Assembly (NCBI RefSeq): GCF_001194135.2
Contig: NC_068981.1
Location: forward strand, 31,995,299 to 32,045,775
Direction of reading: 5' to 3'
Source of the DNA: Octopus bimaculoides
Taxonomy: Eukaryota
Length of the DNA: 50,477 nt
Shown here: piece by piece, positions 10,561 through 22,762 of the stretch
Numbering within the stretch: the first letter of the stretch is position 1
Layout: every line of letters starts with the position of its first letter
Notes under the pieces: model-generated
The model's input: only the letters and a program-made list of their open reading frames with translations
Databases searched by the model: none
Told to the model about the DNA's origin: nothing
Translations under genes and position numbers: made by a program

Positions 10561-11859
10561 ATGTACATATATACATATATGTATATATAGATATACACGA
10601 ACATACATACATAGTTACATACATATTATGTACGGATGGAGTGTGAGAGAAAGAAGAGAGCGGAAGACTGTTATAGAAATACAGGGATAAAAATGTAAGA
10701 TTATGAAGTAAAATAAAGTTACTACAAAACACTTTTAACGTTTTCTTACCTTAGGTAAGATGAGAAATATAACTACTATATAATATGCTGTTTTGTATAT
10801 TTATTCAGATGTTTATGCCCATATAAATTTGTAATATTGTAAAGAATACAGATATATCTTTGAAAGTTTTGCATGTAATCTGCTCTATAACTAAATGGCT
10901 TCTGTAAATGATAATATGAATCTCTTCTGCTTAGTAAAGTTAAAAATCCATCAGCGGTTAGAAGAAACCTTATGACCTATCTAATTACAAGCAAGTGGCG
11001 TCATTACAAGTCCTCGAATGAGGAACGATGTTTTTGCGGTGAAATTGCCTTAAGTTATACTTATAAGTTATTTTATTAAGATGTAAAATCGTAGAAAATA
11101 CGAATTCTCGAATACATTTTAAAGACTTTTTTTTTAATATATACACTACTTAAACAACTATAAATTATAAATTATCTCTTGTAACTTTGTATACGTGCAC
11201 TTTGTGAGATGTATTAACATTTTCTCCGTTTTGTATATATTTCTGTATGTGTGTATATTTCTATTGAAACCCATTTCAAAACTTTTTGTGTGAAAGTATT
11301 TTGATTTATTGAAATTTATTTTAAACACTCTACTATAATGTATATACGTATATATGTGTATATATATATATATATATATAATGTGTATGTTTCTCAGTAT
11401 ACAAGAATGAAGTTCTAAAGTGCAAGATAAAAATAATATATATTTGTGAATTGCACTTGATATCAGAACCTGTAAAGTACAGCGCGCTTGATAATAACCA
11501 ATACTCTTTTTAGTTACACAGAACTACGTTTTGAGTTCAAATCCCGCCAGTATCGGCAATGTAAATACCATGGTAAAAAAACTGAATATTGTGCAAATAC
11601 TGTATTAGCCTAAAATGAAACTTTTATTAAACTATCTAACCTTGTTTTATCTTACAAATCAATTTTTCGACAATTTTGAATCGTGCGGATTTGTCGAAGC
11701 CATTGATACTTGTGCTTGACTATATTTTATTTGTCGACTCCATATTCATGAAAGTCACATTTGACCTCACTATATGTTTAACTAGTATGTAAAAATCATC
11801 TTATTTTTTCCCCAGGCTGTTAAAATAATGGTTCCTGATTTAGAAACAAAGCCAGCATA

Positions 11860-11990
11860 ATTTGAGGAAAAGTGTCAGTCAATAGTCTTAAACCTAGTAT
11901 TTACCTGGTACTTTATTTTATCTAGCCTGAAAAGCAAAATTGACCCTTGAGGAAACTTGAACTCAGTACGTAAAGAGCTGTGATATATAC
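11860..11990 (-). mobile_element. Degenerate tRNA-derived SINE, family B
   Basis: CTGGTACTTTATTT and TTGAACTCAG match the reverse complement of the family B core and B-box. Confidence 0.5.
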
Positions 11991-13189
11991 TTCATTCCAA
12001 TGCTTTCCTACATGGTTTTGCAAACCTAGCGCTCTATCACATCATTTGCGATGCTTCTTCAATGAGCCACTTCCAAACATTTAATTCTGTCTGTACCCTG
12101 TTGTCCTCTATAGCTAGCTTTTTATTAAGTCCACCAAATGCTAGTCCAATGTCTCTCATCAGTATGATACAACACTTGCTGCCTTGATGGCTGTTGTCTA
12201 TTGCGGCTTAACCAGCAGAGTAACATATGTCTGAAATGTTTCTAGGCCAGAAAGGACGCGTTTAACTTTTAGTAACATCTATCATTTAAATAAACAGGAG
12301 AAAAAGACGGATGAGAAAAAGAAAAGAAAAAAAAGTCAGGAGAAAAGCTGCAGAGGATGGAAGGGAGAGGTGAAGGGCCACATACCACAGAACAATATGG
12401 CTTGCCCAGCATTTATTTTATATTTTAAGTTAACTGTATACGTCACACGAGTTTGTGATCAAACTTTGTATCATGCGTTAATCTCATCTGTTAACTTACC
12501 CCAAATGTTATCTGTATAGCACTTTCATGATCTACCTTGATGAGGCTAAGTTCACATTATTACAAATAGAAATCAAGGCAGGGGGGCACCTGTCAAACGG
12601 TCGGAAATATCTGAAAAGTTTGTTTCAAGGCTTATGCTTCTTTAACTCCTCTCGGCTACTCCAACAAAATCTCTGCGGGCATCCAAAAAGATGTTTTAAT
12701 TATCCAGAAACACTAATAAACGAGATGTCTCTAGGAATATCTCTAGATGTCTGAAAAATATCTTCTCTCTCCAGTCCGGAAAGTAAATGACAACTAATCT
12801 TTTGGGTTTGTGAATGCTTACTAATGCTAACATCCAGGCCATCGATTTACTGTGTCACATAAAACCGTATTCAGCATTAGGTGCAGGATTTTCTCGAAAC
12901 ATGCACCATTTGGTTCATGTCCACAGAAGGCGGTGTAGACATAACAGTTTTCCAGACGGCCGAAATATTTCGTCTCGGTAATCATGGTCTCGATGAAATC
13001 TATCATAACCAGACAACAGAGCGGTGGTGACAGACTTCTGGTGAGGTTGTCTTTCAGCCATAAATTATACGAACTACGGCCGAAATTGACCATATCGGCG
13101 GATGGGACAACGTCTTTTGTGTGAGTATGTACCAGCAGGTGTGTGTGCGTATGTGTGTTAACGTACCCTGACCTAAGTTATCTAGTTAA

Positions 13190-13660
13190 ACAACCTTTTA
13201 CCCACTAGATATTCTAGCCTGCATATATATCTCTGGGTAAATCCTTCTGCATTAGCAGCATACTGTAGCAGGTCTTGTTTTCTATTTGCCAAATATGCTG
13301 CCATGTTTCTTCTTCCACCGTTAATGAACTCCTGTACGCTAATCAGCCCACATCCACCTTTAAACTTCTCCATGTAGAGCTTGTGTACGTTCGCCTTAGA
13401 GTGGAGGCACCATGCAATATCATTGTCTTTCGGGTTGTGCTATCAAATTGGTCAATCTCTGCTAGTGTGCATTTCAGGATGGGTGCACTATGGCGGACTA
13501 TAGCAAAAGCCCATATGTTGAGGGCAGTTACAAGGTTCCTTGAGTTGAGATTTGATTTCAAGAGAAGTTTGAGGCGCTTGAAATATGCAGTCTTTCATTG
13601 TCTTTCATTTTTCTGTGCAAGATATTGTCCAGCTCCAGGATACCCAAGGTACTTGTACCC
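13190..13660 (-). mobile_element. R4/Dong-clade LINE fragment (RT thumb region)
   Basis: GYKYLG, KSNLNSRNLVTALNIWA, RKTMILHGA and MEKFKGGCGLISVQE (GGRGL motif) across minus-strand ORFs 13595-13834, 13343-13561 and 13182-13373. Confidence 0.9.
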
Positions 13661-13729
13661 ATCATCATCGTCGTCGTCGTTGTCGTCGTCGTCGTCGTCA
13701 TCATCATCATCATCATCATCATTATTATT
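13661..13729. repeat. Compound (ATC)/(GTC)/(ATC)/(ATT) microsatellite
   Basis: Direct reading. Confidence 0.95.
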
Positions 13730-14201
13730 GCGTGAGAGAGCAGTGCATCCCATCAAAGTGACACTGCGGTAAAATATACGATGCTCAATATACCTATCAT
13801 GACTACCCGTCTTATAAGGGTACACTAGGCACACGCTTCATAAACATATGTGTGTGACATGGTGTTCTCATATGAAGATTAACAGCGCATAACCTTACAG
13901 ATGGGGTTCAGTGAGAATTTTCTTCAAGTCGAGTAGCCTATCCCGCTCAAAAGGTCCCTGAATAAGAGTTGTTTAAGGATGTTGAACAAAACACATGTTT
14001 TCAAAGATGAATTATACAAATCCCAAAGATTCTCCTCAACACACTACTTCTGCTCGTGATCAGAGATGCACATATCATCAGCCACTAAGCGGACATGCTC
14101 AACTGGTTACGGTCAAACAACTGACGAGTAAATTTGTGGTATTGAGCAGAATATTTGCCGTAGCCCATCTTTTATACCACGATAAAACAATGTACATGAG
14201 A

Positions 14202-14202
<1 letters not shown>
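13730..14202 (-). mobile_element. 5'-truncated retroelement 3' region with (AAT)n tail, probably Dong/R4 3' UTR
   Basis: A 470-bp non-coding block bounded by (ATT)n on both sides. Family assignment rests on recall of an octopus repeat and on the AAT tail. Confidence 0.5.

Positions 14203-14288
<86 letters not shown>
14203..14288. repeat. (ATT)n microsatellite
   Basis: Direct reading. Confidence 0.95.
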
Positions 14289-14429
14289 CCTCCATGATAT
14301 CGGGACAGCTCGGTTCAACCCGATAAAACTGCTACTGAAAATTGTTATCCTTAGGGTGTAACTGATATAATGCAATAAGAGCTTTTATAAGTCTACTCAA
14401 AAACGTTTCCCCGTGAATAAACTTAGAGG

Positions 14430-14506
<77 letters not shown>

Positions 14507-15809
14507 TATAATATATATATGAATAATTAATGCAAATATTTGAAAATGAATTCTTCTTTTTAAGTGCAAGCTTTCGGTCGACAAACAAATAATTCTGTTC
14601 AAATGCTCGAAACGTCTTGTCTTTATTTTATATATTATTAAACTAGTAAACAGCGAAACAGACATATCAGCTTCTTATCCCCTATGGCTAGAAATTAATT
14701 CCGAATCTGCATATGAAGCTCCCGTAATCCACAATAAGTCTTTTACAATTTACCATTCGGTCATTAACAGATTCTCGGAAATAATTATATATATTTATTA
14801 CACTTTATATAAATATGATAACGGTATTTTTATGAAGCCGATCCTCGCAGGAAGTTTCCATTTGGTAAATGAAAACTGAAACATTATATGTCTCAGATTT
14901 CTCTCTCGCTTCCAAAATAATGACCTCTCGTTTATTGTTGTTGGCAAAACCATATTTCCTTTATTGAAACATTTGAAATTTCATTTCCCATTCGAAACAT
15001 TTCACATTCTTCTTTGTTTATGTTTCTTTCATAAAAGTAATCATATTCCCCGAAGCATTCTCTTAACTTTAGTTATTTGTAATTTCAAAACTGATGAAAT
15101 GTAATTCTTCTTTCAAGATTATTCATTTTCGTAATATTCATTGTTGTGTTCGCTTTCATTTAAATTATTTCATTGTTTCTTCTACAACACCGCCTTTCTA
15201 ATGAACCTTTTATTGCGGTTTACAATTCCGTCGATTTTTTCAAATTTTATTATATGCTGGCAAACAGCTCATTTGCAAATCTTTGTGTATTGAAAGGAAT
15301 ATTTTCTTTAACTGGTATATATTTTTATACTGTAAATTATTGTTCTTTTTAATTTTCAAGCCAACAATGTGACTGTTATTTTATACATAATCCAATTGAA
15401 AAATCACTATTGTTCCACCTCATCAAAAATCCACCACATTACACTCCATTTCTATGTAATTGTTCATGGGCTCCGATTTGCCGTATTTGACTTCTGAGAG
15501 GAAATATCCTTAGTTATTTCATCAATCGCACATTAGTGAACATGCGAAGAAGATAAAAAGCGTGATATTTCCTCTCTTGTCATTTCCGCATTTTCCATTG
15601 TAGTTTCATTAGCGAAAAGGTTAAGTTCCCCCTTCATACACTGATAATAAAATTCTTCAAGATTTTTCAGCTATTCTATAATACAGCACACACTTTCTCA
15701 CATACGCACAAGAATAAAGTATATACACGTATTCAAAATGTAACATCTAAATTATAACTATCAAAACAATCCTATATATATAAATATATATATATATATA
15801 TTCACGCAG

Positions 15810-15840
<31 letters not shown>

Positions 15841-17097
15841 CACAGAGATTATTGGTTTGAAATTGTTTCGTGAATCATGTTATAACTGCATAATGCGTCC
15901 ATCAGACCATCCTGTAAAGGAAAACGACGTCTTGATTCCATTCAGAAGGTGAAATTTTATTAAAACGTTTACACCTCTCTCACAGAAACAAAGCGTTTGG
16001 GAAGCGAGTGACAGTGCAGAAGGTAAAAATATACAAGTTTCTCCTTGAATGAGTTCTTTTTATTTTTACCAAGATTAAACGATAGAATGATACAAATATT
16101 TATGTACAGAGAAACGTGCTGGTAGAACGCAGATGAAAAAGTAATAAAAATTTAAGAGATAGAGAACCATCTGTGAAAAAAGATACATTTTAAGGTGCAC
16201 TACGATTATTCGTGTATTTCATACTGTGCAATCAGTAAAGTGCAATTATCTGCCTGTTATATTTTCATAGTGATTCCGACCAAGACTTAAGGATGTATGT
16301 TGAATTCTGTCTACATTTTCCATGTATATCAGATTTCGAATTTAGATATGAAGCAGTTTGAATGTTTCAGTATTAAACTTTTTTTATGCATGAATTACAT
16401 ATTATGATGCCATTAGTATCGTGTGTTGCTCTTAAAAGTATTTTCCATCAGAAATTTTAAATGAAATCAATGTTTTTCCAAAACTAGAAATAAATGGAAT
16501 GCTTAGCTGTGTGTCACCTTTGATATAAGACGTAGTTAGACAGGTGGTGATCTGGAAAGGAAGGCTCCGTCCATAAAAAAGGGTATCGTACGTTTTCAAT
16601 GCCCAAGAAATTCAAGAACCGGCTATTGCTACAGAAAGCTGTGGAAACGATACGGTGCAGTACAATGAGACGCTCAAAATACTGAGAATTAAGGGGAATA
16701 AACCGAACGAAAAGCTGAATAAAATTCACATTCATCATGATTATAAGCGATCATATACATCATTATCAATAAATATGGCAATCGGCAAACTGGGGTAGTC
16801 ACTGGTTCCCTATCCACCTTATAGATAATTCTGGCGTTCTCCGACTACCACCTACTGAGTCCTGTGAAAGAGTCAAATCCTTGATGGTAACGATGACATG
16901 AAAGTGACCGTAAAGAAGTAGCTACATAGGTGCACACCTGAATGACATATATCAGATAATAAAAAATGTCATGCCCACTTTTGCATTACTTTCGATACAA
17001 CTGTGTGTAGTTTTTGTGTGAATAGGGGTGTATATGTGTGTGTGTATACAAACCTACATACATGCACGCACACTCATACACGCGCGCGCACGCACAC

Positions 17098-17153
<56 letters not shown>

Positions 17154-17789
17154 NNNNNNNNNNNNNNNNNNNNNNNNNNNNNNNNNNNNNNNNNNNNNNN
17201 NNNNNNNNNNNNNNNNNNNNNNNNNNNNNNNNNNNNNNNNNNNNNNNNNNNNNNNNNNNNNNNNNNNNNNNNNNNNNNNNNNNNNNNNNNNNNNNNNNNN
17301 NNNNNNNNNNNNNNNNNNNNNNNNNNNNNNNNNNNNNNNNNNNNNNNNNNNNNNNNNNNNNNNNNNNNNNNNNNNNNNNNNNNNNNNNNNNNNNNNNNNN
17401 NNNNNNNNNNNNNNNNNNNNNNNNNNNNNNNNNNNNNNNNNNNNNNNNNNNNNNNNNNNNNNNNNNNNNNNNNNNNNNNNNNNNNNNNNNNNNNNNNNNN
17501 NNNNNNNNNNNNNNNNNNNNNNNNNNNNNNNNNNNNNNNNNNNNNNNNNNNNNNNNNNNNNNNNNNNNNNNNNNNNNNNNNNNNNNNNNNNNNNNNNNNN
17601 NNNNNNNNNNNNNNNNNNNNNNNNNNNNNNNNNNNNNNNNNNNNNNNNNNNNNNNNNNNNNNNNNNNNNNNNNNNNNNNNNNNNNNNNNNNNNNNNNATA
17701 TATATATATATAAATACATGTATAAGGGAGAGAGATGGAGACAGAGACAGACAGATAGACAGATAGATATGTTTCTATGATGTTTCTCC

Positions 17790-18080
17790 GTCGATGAGAA
17801 TTCAGTTGTTCAATTAAACTGCATTACTTGCTAATTGAACTCGCCTGTAAGTTGAACAGCTTCCATCAGACACCAGTATTTTGACTTTATAGGCATAGTC
17901 AGCTTCATATGATATGCGACAAGGCTTTATATTTGATTTATCGTCACAATCCTACCGAATTCCTCTCACAAGTTATGCTTTGACAAGTGGTTATAGAAAA
18001 TGACATCTACCGAAGTGGGATCGAAATCGGGACCTCATGGTTACGAAGCGAAATTCTTAACTATTCGGGATACTGCTCTG
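17790..18080 (-). mobile_element. Degenerate tRNA-derived SINE
   Basis: Minus strand has an A-box-like CCGAATAGTTAAGAAT and a B-box-like GATTTCGATCCC at ~18015-18070. Confidence 0.45.
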
Positions 18081-18749
18081 ATATTCTTAACTATTCGGGA
18101 TACTGCTCTGTTATATATATCATTCGCACTTTATTAAATGAACGACTCTGTTGAAGTTCTGTCTTTTTTATTATATCTATATATATATAGCTGAGTTTGT
18201 GAGTGTGTGTGTATGTGTATCCAATTCATACATTTACACAATTCCAAATTTCTTGAATGAAACAATCGGAATTAATATTTTAAATACCATAACCTAGGTA
18301 ACTGCGTAATTTACCAATAAAATCCATTAAACTGCACAAAATAACATTTCCCCCCTCTAATAAAACCTAAATTTTCTCTTTCTATGACCTTTACAAATCC
18401 TTTCAACTCCTACTTTCTCTTATGAACGTTTACGAACGATAACTCCTACTTTCTCTTATGCATACGAAGTCATAGATTAAACATTGCTTTTAGTTACGCT
18501 GTATGTAAACAAACAAGTTTGTTTTTCGAAGCGCTGAAATGTATGGTAGTACAAGTAGAAAGATAGATTTTATTCAACGCATAGATACTGAACAGTATAC
18601 ATATAAGGGATAAAATCCTTTTTTTCTTTTTAAAAGCATCTATTACACTATTTTCCTTTTGTTTCTTGACTCCCGTAAGGCGTCTCAGAACATTCACGCT
18701 TAAGTTTGACCGACAGGACAACACATTGCAAAATCACTGAACTTCATTA

Positions 18750-18903
18750 CAAATGTGGTTAATTTTTCAGATTAACACCCGCACGATTTTCACTAGGGTG
18801 TTAGGGTTAGGGTTTTAGGGTTAGGGTTTAGGGTTATGGTTTGGGGTTAGTGTTAGGGTTAAGTAATCGTGCGGATGTTAATCCGCAAAATTACCGAAAT
18901 GTG
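18750..18903. mobile_element. Small foldback element with degenerate TTAGGG core
   Basis: Inverted arms 18761-18788 / 18865-18892 match at 25/28 and flank ~70 bp of TTAGGG variants (18794-18860). Confidence 0.75.
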
Positions 18904-19554
18904 AAAACTACCGACTCTACCATCTATTATAATTTTTGTTATTCTGTTTAATATATACATAGATTATGCCTCCAAAGAAGAGAGCTTGCTGGGGAAAGAA
19001 AGCAACCGGTTTAAAAAGACAGCAACAGACTGCAGCAATTCACCACATTCCAGAAGCTACTTTGAACATAATGCAAAATGGTGCATCAGCATCTTCTGCC
19101 CAGTCTGTTAGAATTCTGGCAAAAATGTGTAGCAACAGATCGCCAGCAATTGCTTCATCAGAAATTGCCGTCCTAGCTCCTGCGAAAAGGGATTACCCTG
19201 CTATGTATAATCAGGGCAGTGCAAAAAGTTGTTTTGCACATATCATTTGTATAGCCAATTAGACGGATGAAATTTACGTACGATTAATAATGTTACGCAA
19301 AACAGCCTTCAAACTTGCCCTTTTAATTTCATCGTCTTTTGAATTACGAACATATTTAGATCATAAGTGTGTTTTCGTTGTAAGTCTTTCTTTCTTAGTT
19401 GATTTTCACCTAGCAAGACTTATCGTAGATGGCGTAATAAGTCACACCCGGACAACGTCGGGTTATACTGCTAGTAGTCTTCTAATTTTCTTATCTTTTT
19501 ACAGTATTCTTTCTTATAGCATTACACTTCCGAAATCCATTTCTTTGTGTGTGG

Positions 19555-19586
<32 letters not shown>

Positions 19587-19593
19587 GTGCGTG

Positions 19594-19625
<32 letters not shown>

Positions 19626-20004
19626 CGTGCGTGTGTATGTGTGGGTTGTGTGTGTGTGTATGTTTGTTTGTGTCTGTATATGTGTTTGTGTGTCTGTGTG
19701 ATCGCGCACGTGCATGTTTTATGCTGTCTTGCGTTTGAATGCATGCATTTGCGTGTTTGTATGCATATGTTGTGTATATATGTGCGTATTTATGTTGCAT
19801 TCAATCCACAATTTCGCTCAAGTTTTAAATTTTGCAACAACAATTTTTCATACACCTTTTATGGTTTTTATGTATTTATTTATTTTTGTTGGAATAATCA
19901 AGTTCCGTTTCCTTGCATTCTTTGTTTGATGTTTTGAATAAAATTATATCAATGTTGTTAGATGCTATCCTCTCTTCGAATGAGGCAAAGAAAATTTAAA
20001 AATA

Positions 20005-20203
20005 TTGGCTTCAGATTTTAGCACAGCGTGAAAAAGTTTGGGGGGTGGAGTAAGTCGATTACATCGAACCCAGTCCTCAATTGGCGCTTATTTTATCGAC
20101 CCTGAAAGCATGCAAGGTAAAGTTGACCTCGGTGAAATTTGAACACAAATCGTAAAGAGGGACGAAATGCCGCTAAGCATTTTGCCGGTGAGCTAACGAT
20201 TCT
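20005..20203 (-). mobile_element. tRNA-derived SINE family B, third unit of trimer (5'-truncated)
   Basis: Reverse complement begins AGAATCGTTAGC, has a GTTCAAAT B-box and the GGGTCGATAAAATAAG core (Meta-like domain, inferred). Confidence 0.8.
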
Positions 20204-20404
20204 TATTTCTTTATTGCCCACAAGGGACAAACAAGGACACACAAAGGTATTAAGTCGATTACATCGACCTCAGTGCGTAACTGGTACTTAATTTATCGAC
20301 CTCGAAACGATAAAATGCAAAGTCGACCTCAGCGGAATTTGAACTCAAAACGTAACGGCAGACGAAATACCGCTAAACATTTTACCCGGCGAGCTAACGT
20401 TTCT
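20204..20404 (-). mobile_element. tRNA-derived SINE family B, second unit of trimer (5'-truncated)
   Basis: Reverse complement begins AGAAACGTTAGC, has a GAGTTCAAATTCC B-box and ends GGGCAATAAAGAAATA. Confidence 0.9.
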
Positions 20405-20636
20405 TATTTTTTTTACTGCCCACTAGGGGCTACACACAGAGGTAACAAACAAGGACAGACAAACGGATTAAGTCGATTGTATCGACTCCGGTGTGTAACT
20501 GGTACTTATTTAGTCAACCCCGTAAAGATAAAAGGCACAGTCGACCTCCGCGGAATTTGAACTCAGAACGTAGCGGCAGACGAAATACCGCTAAGCATTT
20601 CACCCGGCGTGCTAACGTTTCTGCCAGCTCGCCGCC
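20405..20636 (-). mobile_element. tRNA-derived SINE family B, first unit of trimer (full head)
   Basis: Reverse complement begins GGCGGCGAGCTGGCAGAAACGTTAGC, with a GAGTTCAAATTCC B-box. Confidence 0.9.
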
Positions 20637-21093
20637 TTAGATATAAAAAAATATCAACTATTAGTTAGTGCGGTATTTATATAACATTTTCGTAATCTAA
20701 TTTTGATTTTTATTCTGTGCCCCTCTCTCCGGTAGATTTGTTTTGCGTACTACAGTATAATGTGTAATATACTGCTGGGTTTTGAGTTGTGGTCAGCATA
20801 CGATAAATTGTATACTTCTATGCCCGTTTTAAAATTTAGTCAGGTGTGTGTTTGTGTGCGTGTGTGGCGGGCGTGTGATAGTGTGTAAGTGCTTTCTCCT
20901 TTACTATACGTATTTTGACTATAAACAGGTACAAGTGCTTAGGAATTATAATTTGTAGAGGTTTTGGTGCCATTTCTAGTATTTAACCATGTCTACTACT
21001 GTACCATTGGCTTCATTGCTGGAGAATTCCATAACAGATATTTGGAAAAATCATGAATATTTTATTGAAAGCATTCCATTTATTTCTATCTGC

Positions 21094-21189
<96 letters not shown>

Positions 21190-21305
21190 ACACACAAACA
21201 CAAACACATACACATATATGCGTCTGTATGTATGTATGTATGTATGTATGTATGTATGTATGTACGTATGTATGTATGTATGATTGTAAGCAGTTATACT
21301 TATGT

Positions 21306-21368
21306 ATTTCATTTCATTTCATTTCAAAGTTTCAGCTCAGAGCTGCGGCCATGCTGATGCACCACCGT
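21306..21368 (-). mobile_element. Isolated LINE/SINE 3' tail with (GAAAT)n
   Basis: Reverse complement GGTGCATCAGCATGGCCGCAGCTCTGAGCTGAAACTTTGAAATGAAAT. Confidence 0.75.
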
Positions 21369-21669
21369 GCATATATATATACATATACTATAAAATCTCG
21401 TTCTTTTCATAGTTATGCGCCTCCGCTCTCGCACGTCTGTATCTGAATATGATTTGCTTGGGATTTTCATAGGTATATTTCTTAAATGCCTCGACTTATT
21501 AAATTATTTAATTTTTTTGTCTTTAATTTATGCAATAAATCAATGAATTGATTCTGCTCGTATCGCAAGTGAGTTGTGTTCGTGAATTATGAACACCTTC
21601 TTTAACAAATGTTTAAAATACTGAGGTGCTTATTCAGATTGTGAGTAAAACAGTTTCAGTTTGTCTGTG

Positions 21670-21714
<45 letters not shown>

Positions 21715-22726
21715 TGTGTGTGTTTGTGCGTGTGTGTGTGTGTGTGTGTCTGTGTGTGTGTATGTGTATATTTATGCGCATATATGTATGCATTTACGTA
21801 TATATATACTCACATATCTGATACGTAGAATATATATATATATATGCATATATCTATATACATACATACATATATANNNNNNNNNNNNNNNNNNNNNNNN
21901 NNNNNNNNNNNNNNNNNNNNNNNNNNNNNNNNNNNNNNNNNNNNNNNNNNNNNNNNNNNNNNNNNNNNNNNNNNNNNNNNNNNNNNNNNNNNNNNNNNNN
22001 NNNNNNNNNNNNNNNNNNNNNNNNNNNNNNNNNNNNNNNNNNNNNNNNNNNNNNNNNNNNNNNNNNNNNNNNNNNNNNNNNNNNNNNNNNNNNNNNNNNN
22101 NNNNNNNNNNNNNNNNNNNNNNNNNNNNNNNNNNNNNNNNNNNNNNNNNNNNNNNNNNNNNNNNNNNNNNNNNNNNNNNNNNNNNNNNNNNNNNNNNNNN
22201 NNNNNNNNNNNNNNNNNNNNNNNNNNNNNNNNNNNNNNNNNNNNNNNNNNNNNNNNNNNNNNNNNNNNNNNNNNNNNNNNNNNNNNNNNNNNNNNNNNNN
22301 NNNNNNNNNNNNNNNNNNNNNNNNNNNNNNNNNNNNNNNNNNNNNNNNNNNNNNNNNNNNNNNNNNNNNNNNNNNNNNNNNNNNNNNNNNNNNNNNNNNN
22401 NNNNNNNNNNNNNNNNNNNNNNNNNNNNNNNNNNNNNNNNNNNNNNNNNNNNNNNNNNNNNNNNNNNNNNNNNNNNNNNNNNNNNNNNNNNNNNNNNNNN
22501 NNNNNNNNNNNNNNNNNNNNNNNNNNNNNNNNNNNNNNNNNNNNNNNNNNNNNNNNNNNNNNNNNNNNNNNNNNNNNNNNNNNNNNNNNNNNNNNNNNNN
22601 NNNNNNNNNNNNNNNNNNNNNNNNNNNNNNNNNNNNNNNNNNNNNNNNNNNNNNNNNNNNNNNNNNNNNNNNNNNNNNNNNNNNNNNNNNNNNNNNNNNN
22701 NNNNNNNNNNNNNNNNNNNNNNNNNN

Positions 22727-22762
<36 letters not shown>

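Noticed and set aside
10743-10760. TCTTACCTTAGGTAAGA with donor-like motifs on both strands
   Set aside because: It is a short near-palindrome with no associated acceptor or open exon.
12527-13120. DEAKFTL (Tc1/mariner-like first Asp motif), LSPPLCCLVM (RT-like) and a GTGAGT donor at 13121
   Set aside because: No second catalytic motif or continuous frame was found. The region may be a decayed TE but cannot be called.
14570-14695. CGAAACGTC hammerhead-like 3' half and a U2 snRNA 5'-like stretch (ATCAGCTTCTTATCCCCTATGGCTAG)
   Set aside because: There is no CUGANGA core at the right position, and the U2 similarity is short and weak.
15250-15620. Minus-strand AIDEITKDIS, resembling a hAT-type DExTD motif
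   Set aside because: Single short motif amid stops, with no TIR or further motifs.
20005-20636. CRISPR-like or satellite array
   Set aside because: The units are diverged ~200-bp SINEs with Pol III boxes, there is no repeat-spacer structure, and the context is eukaryotic.
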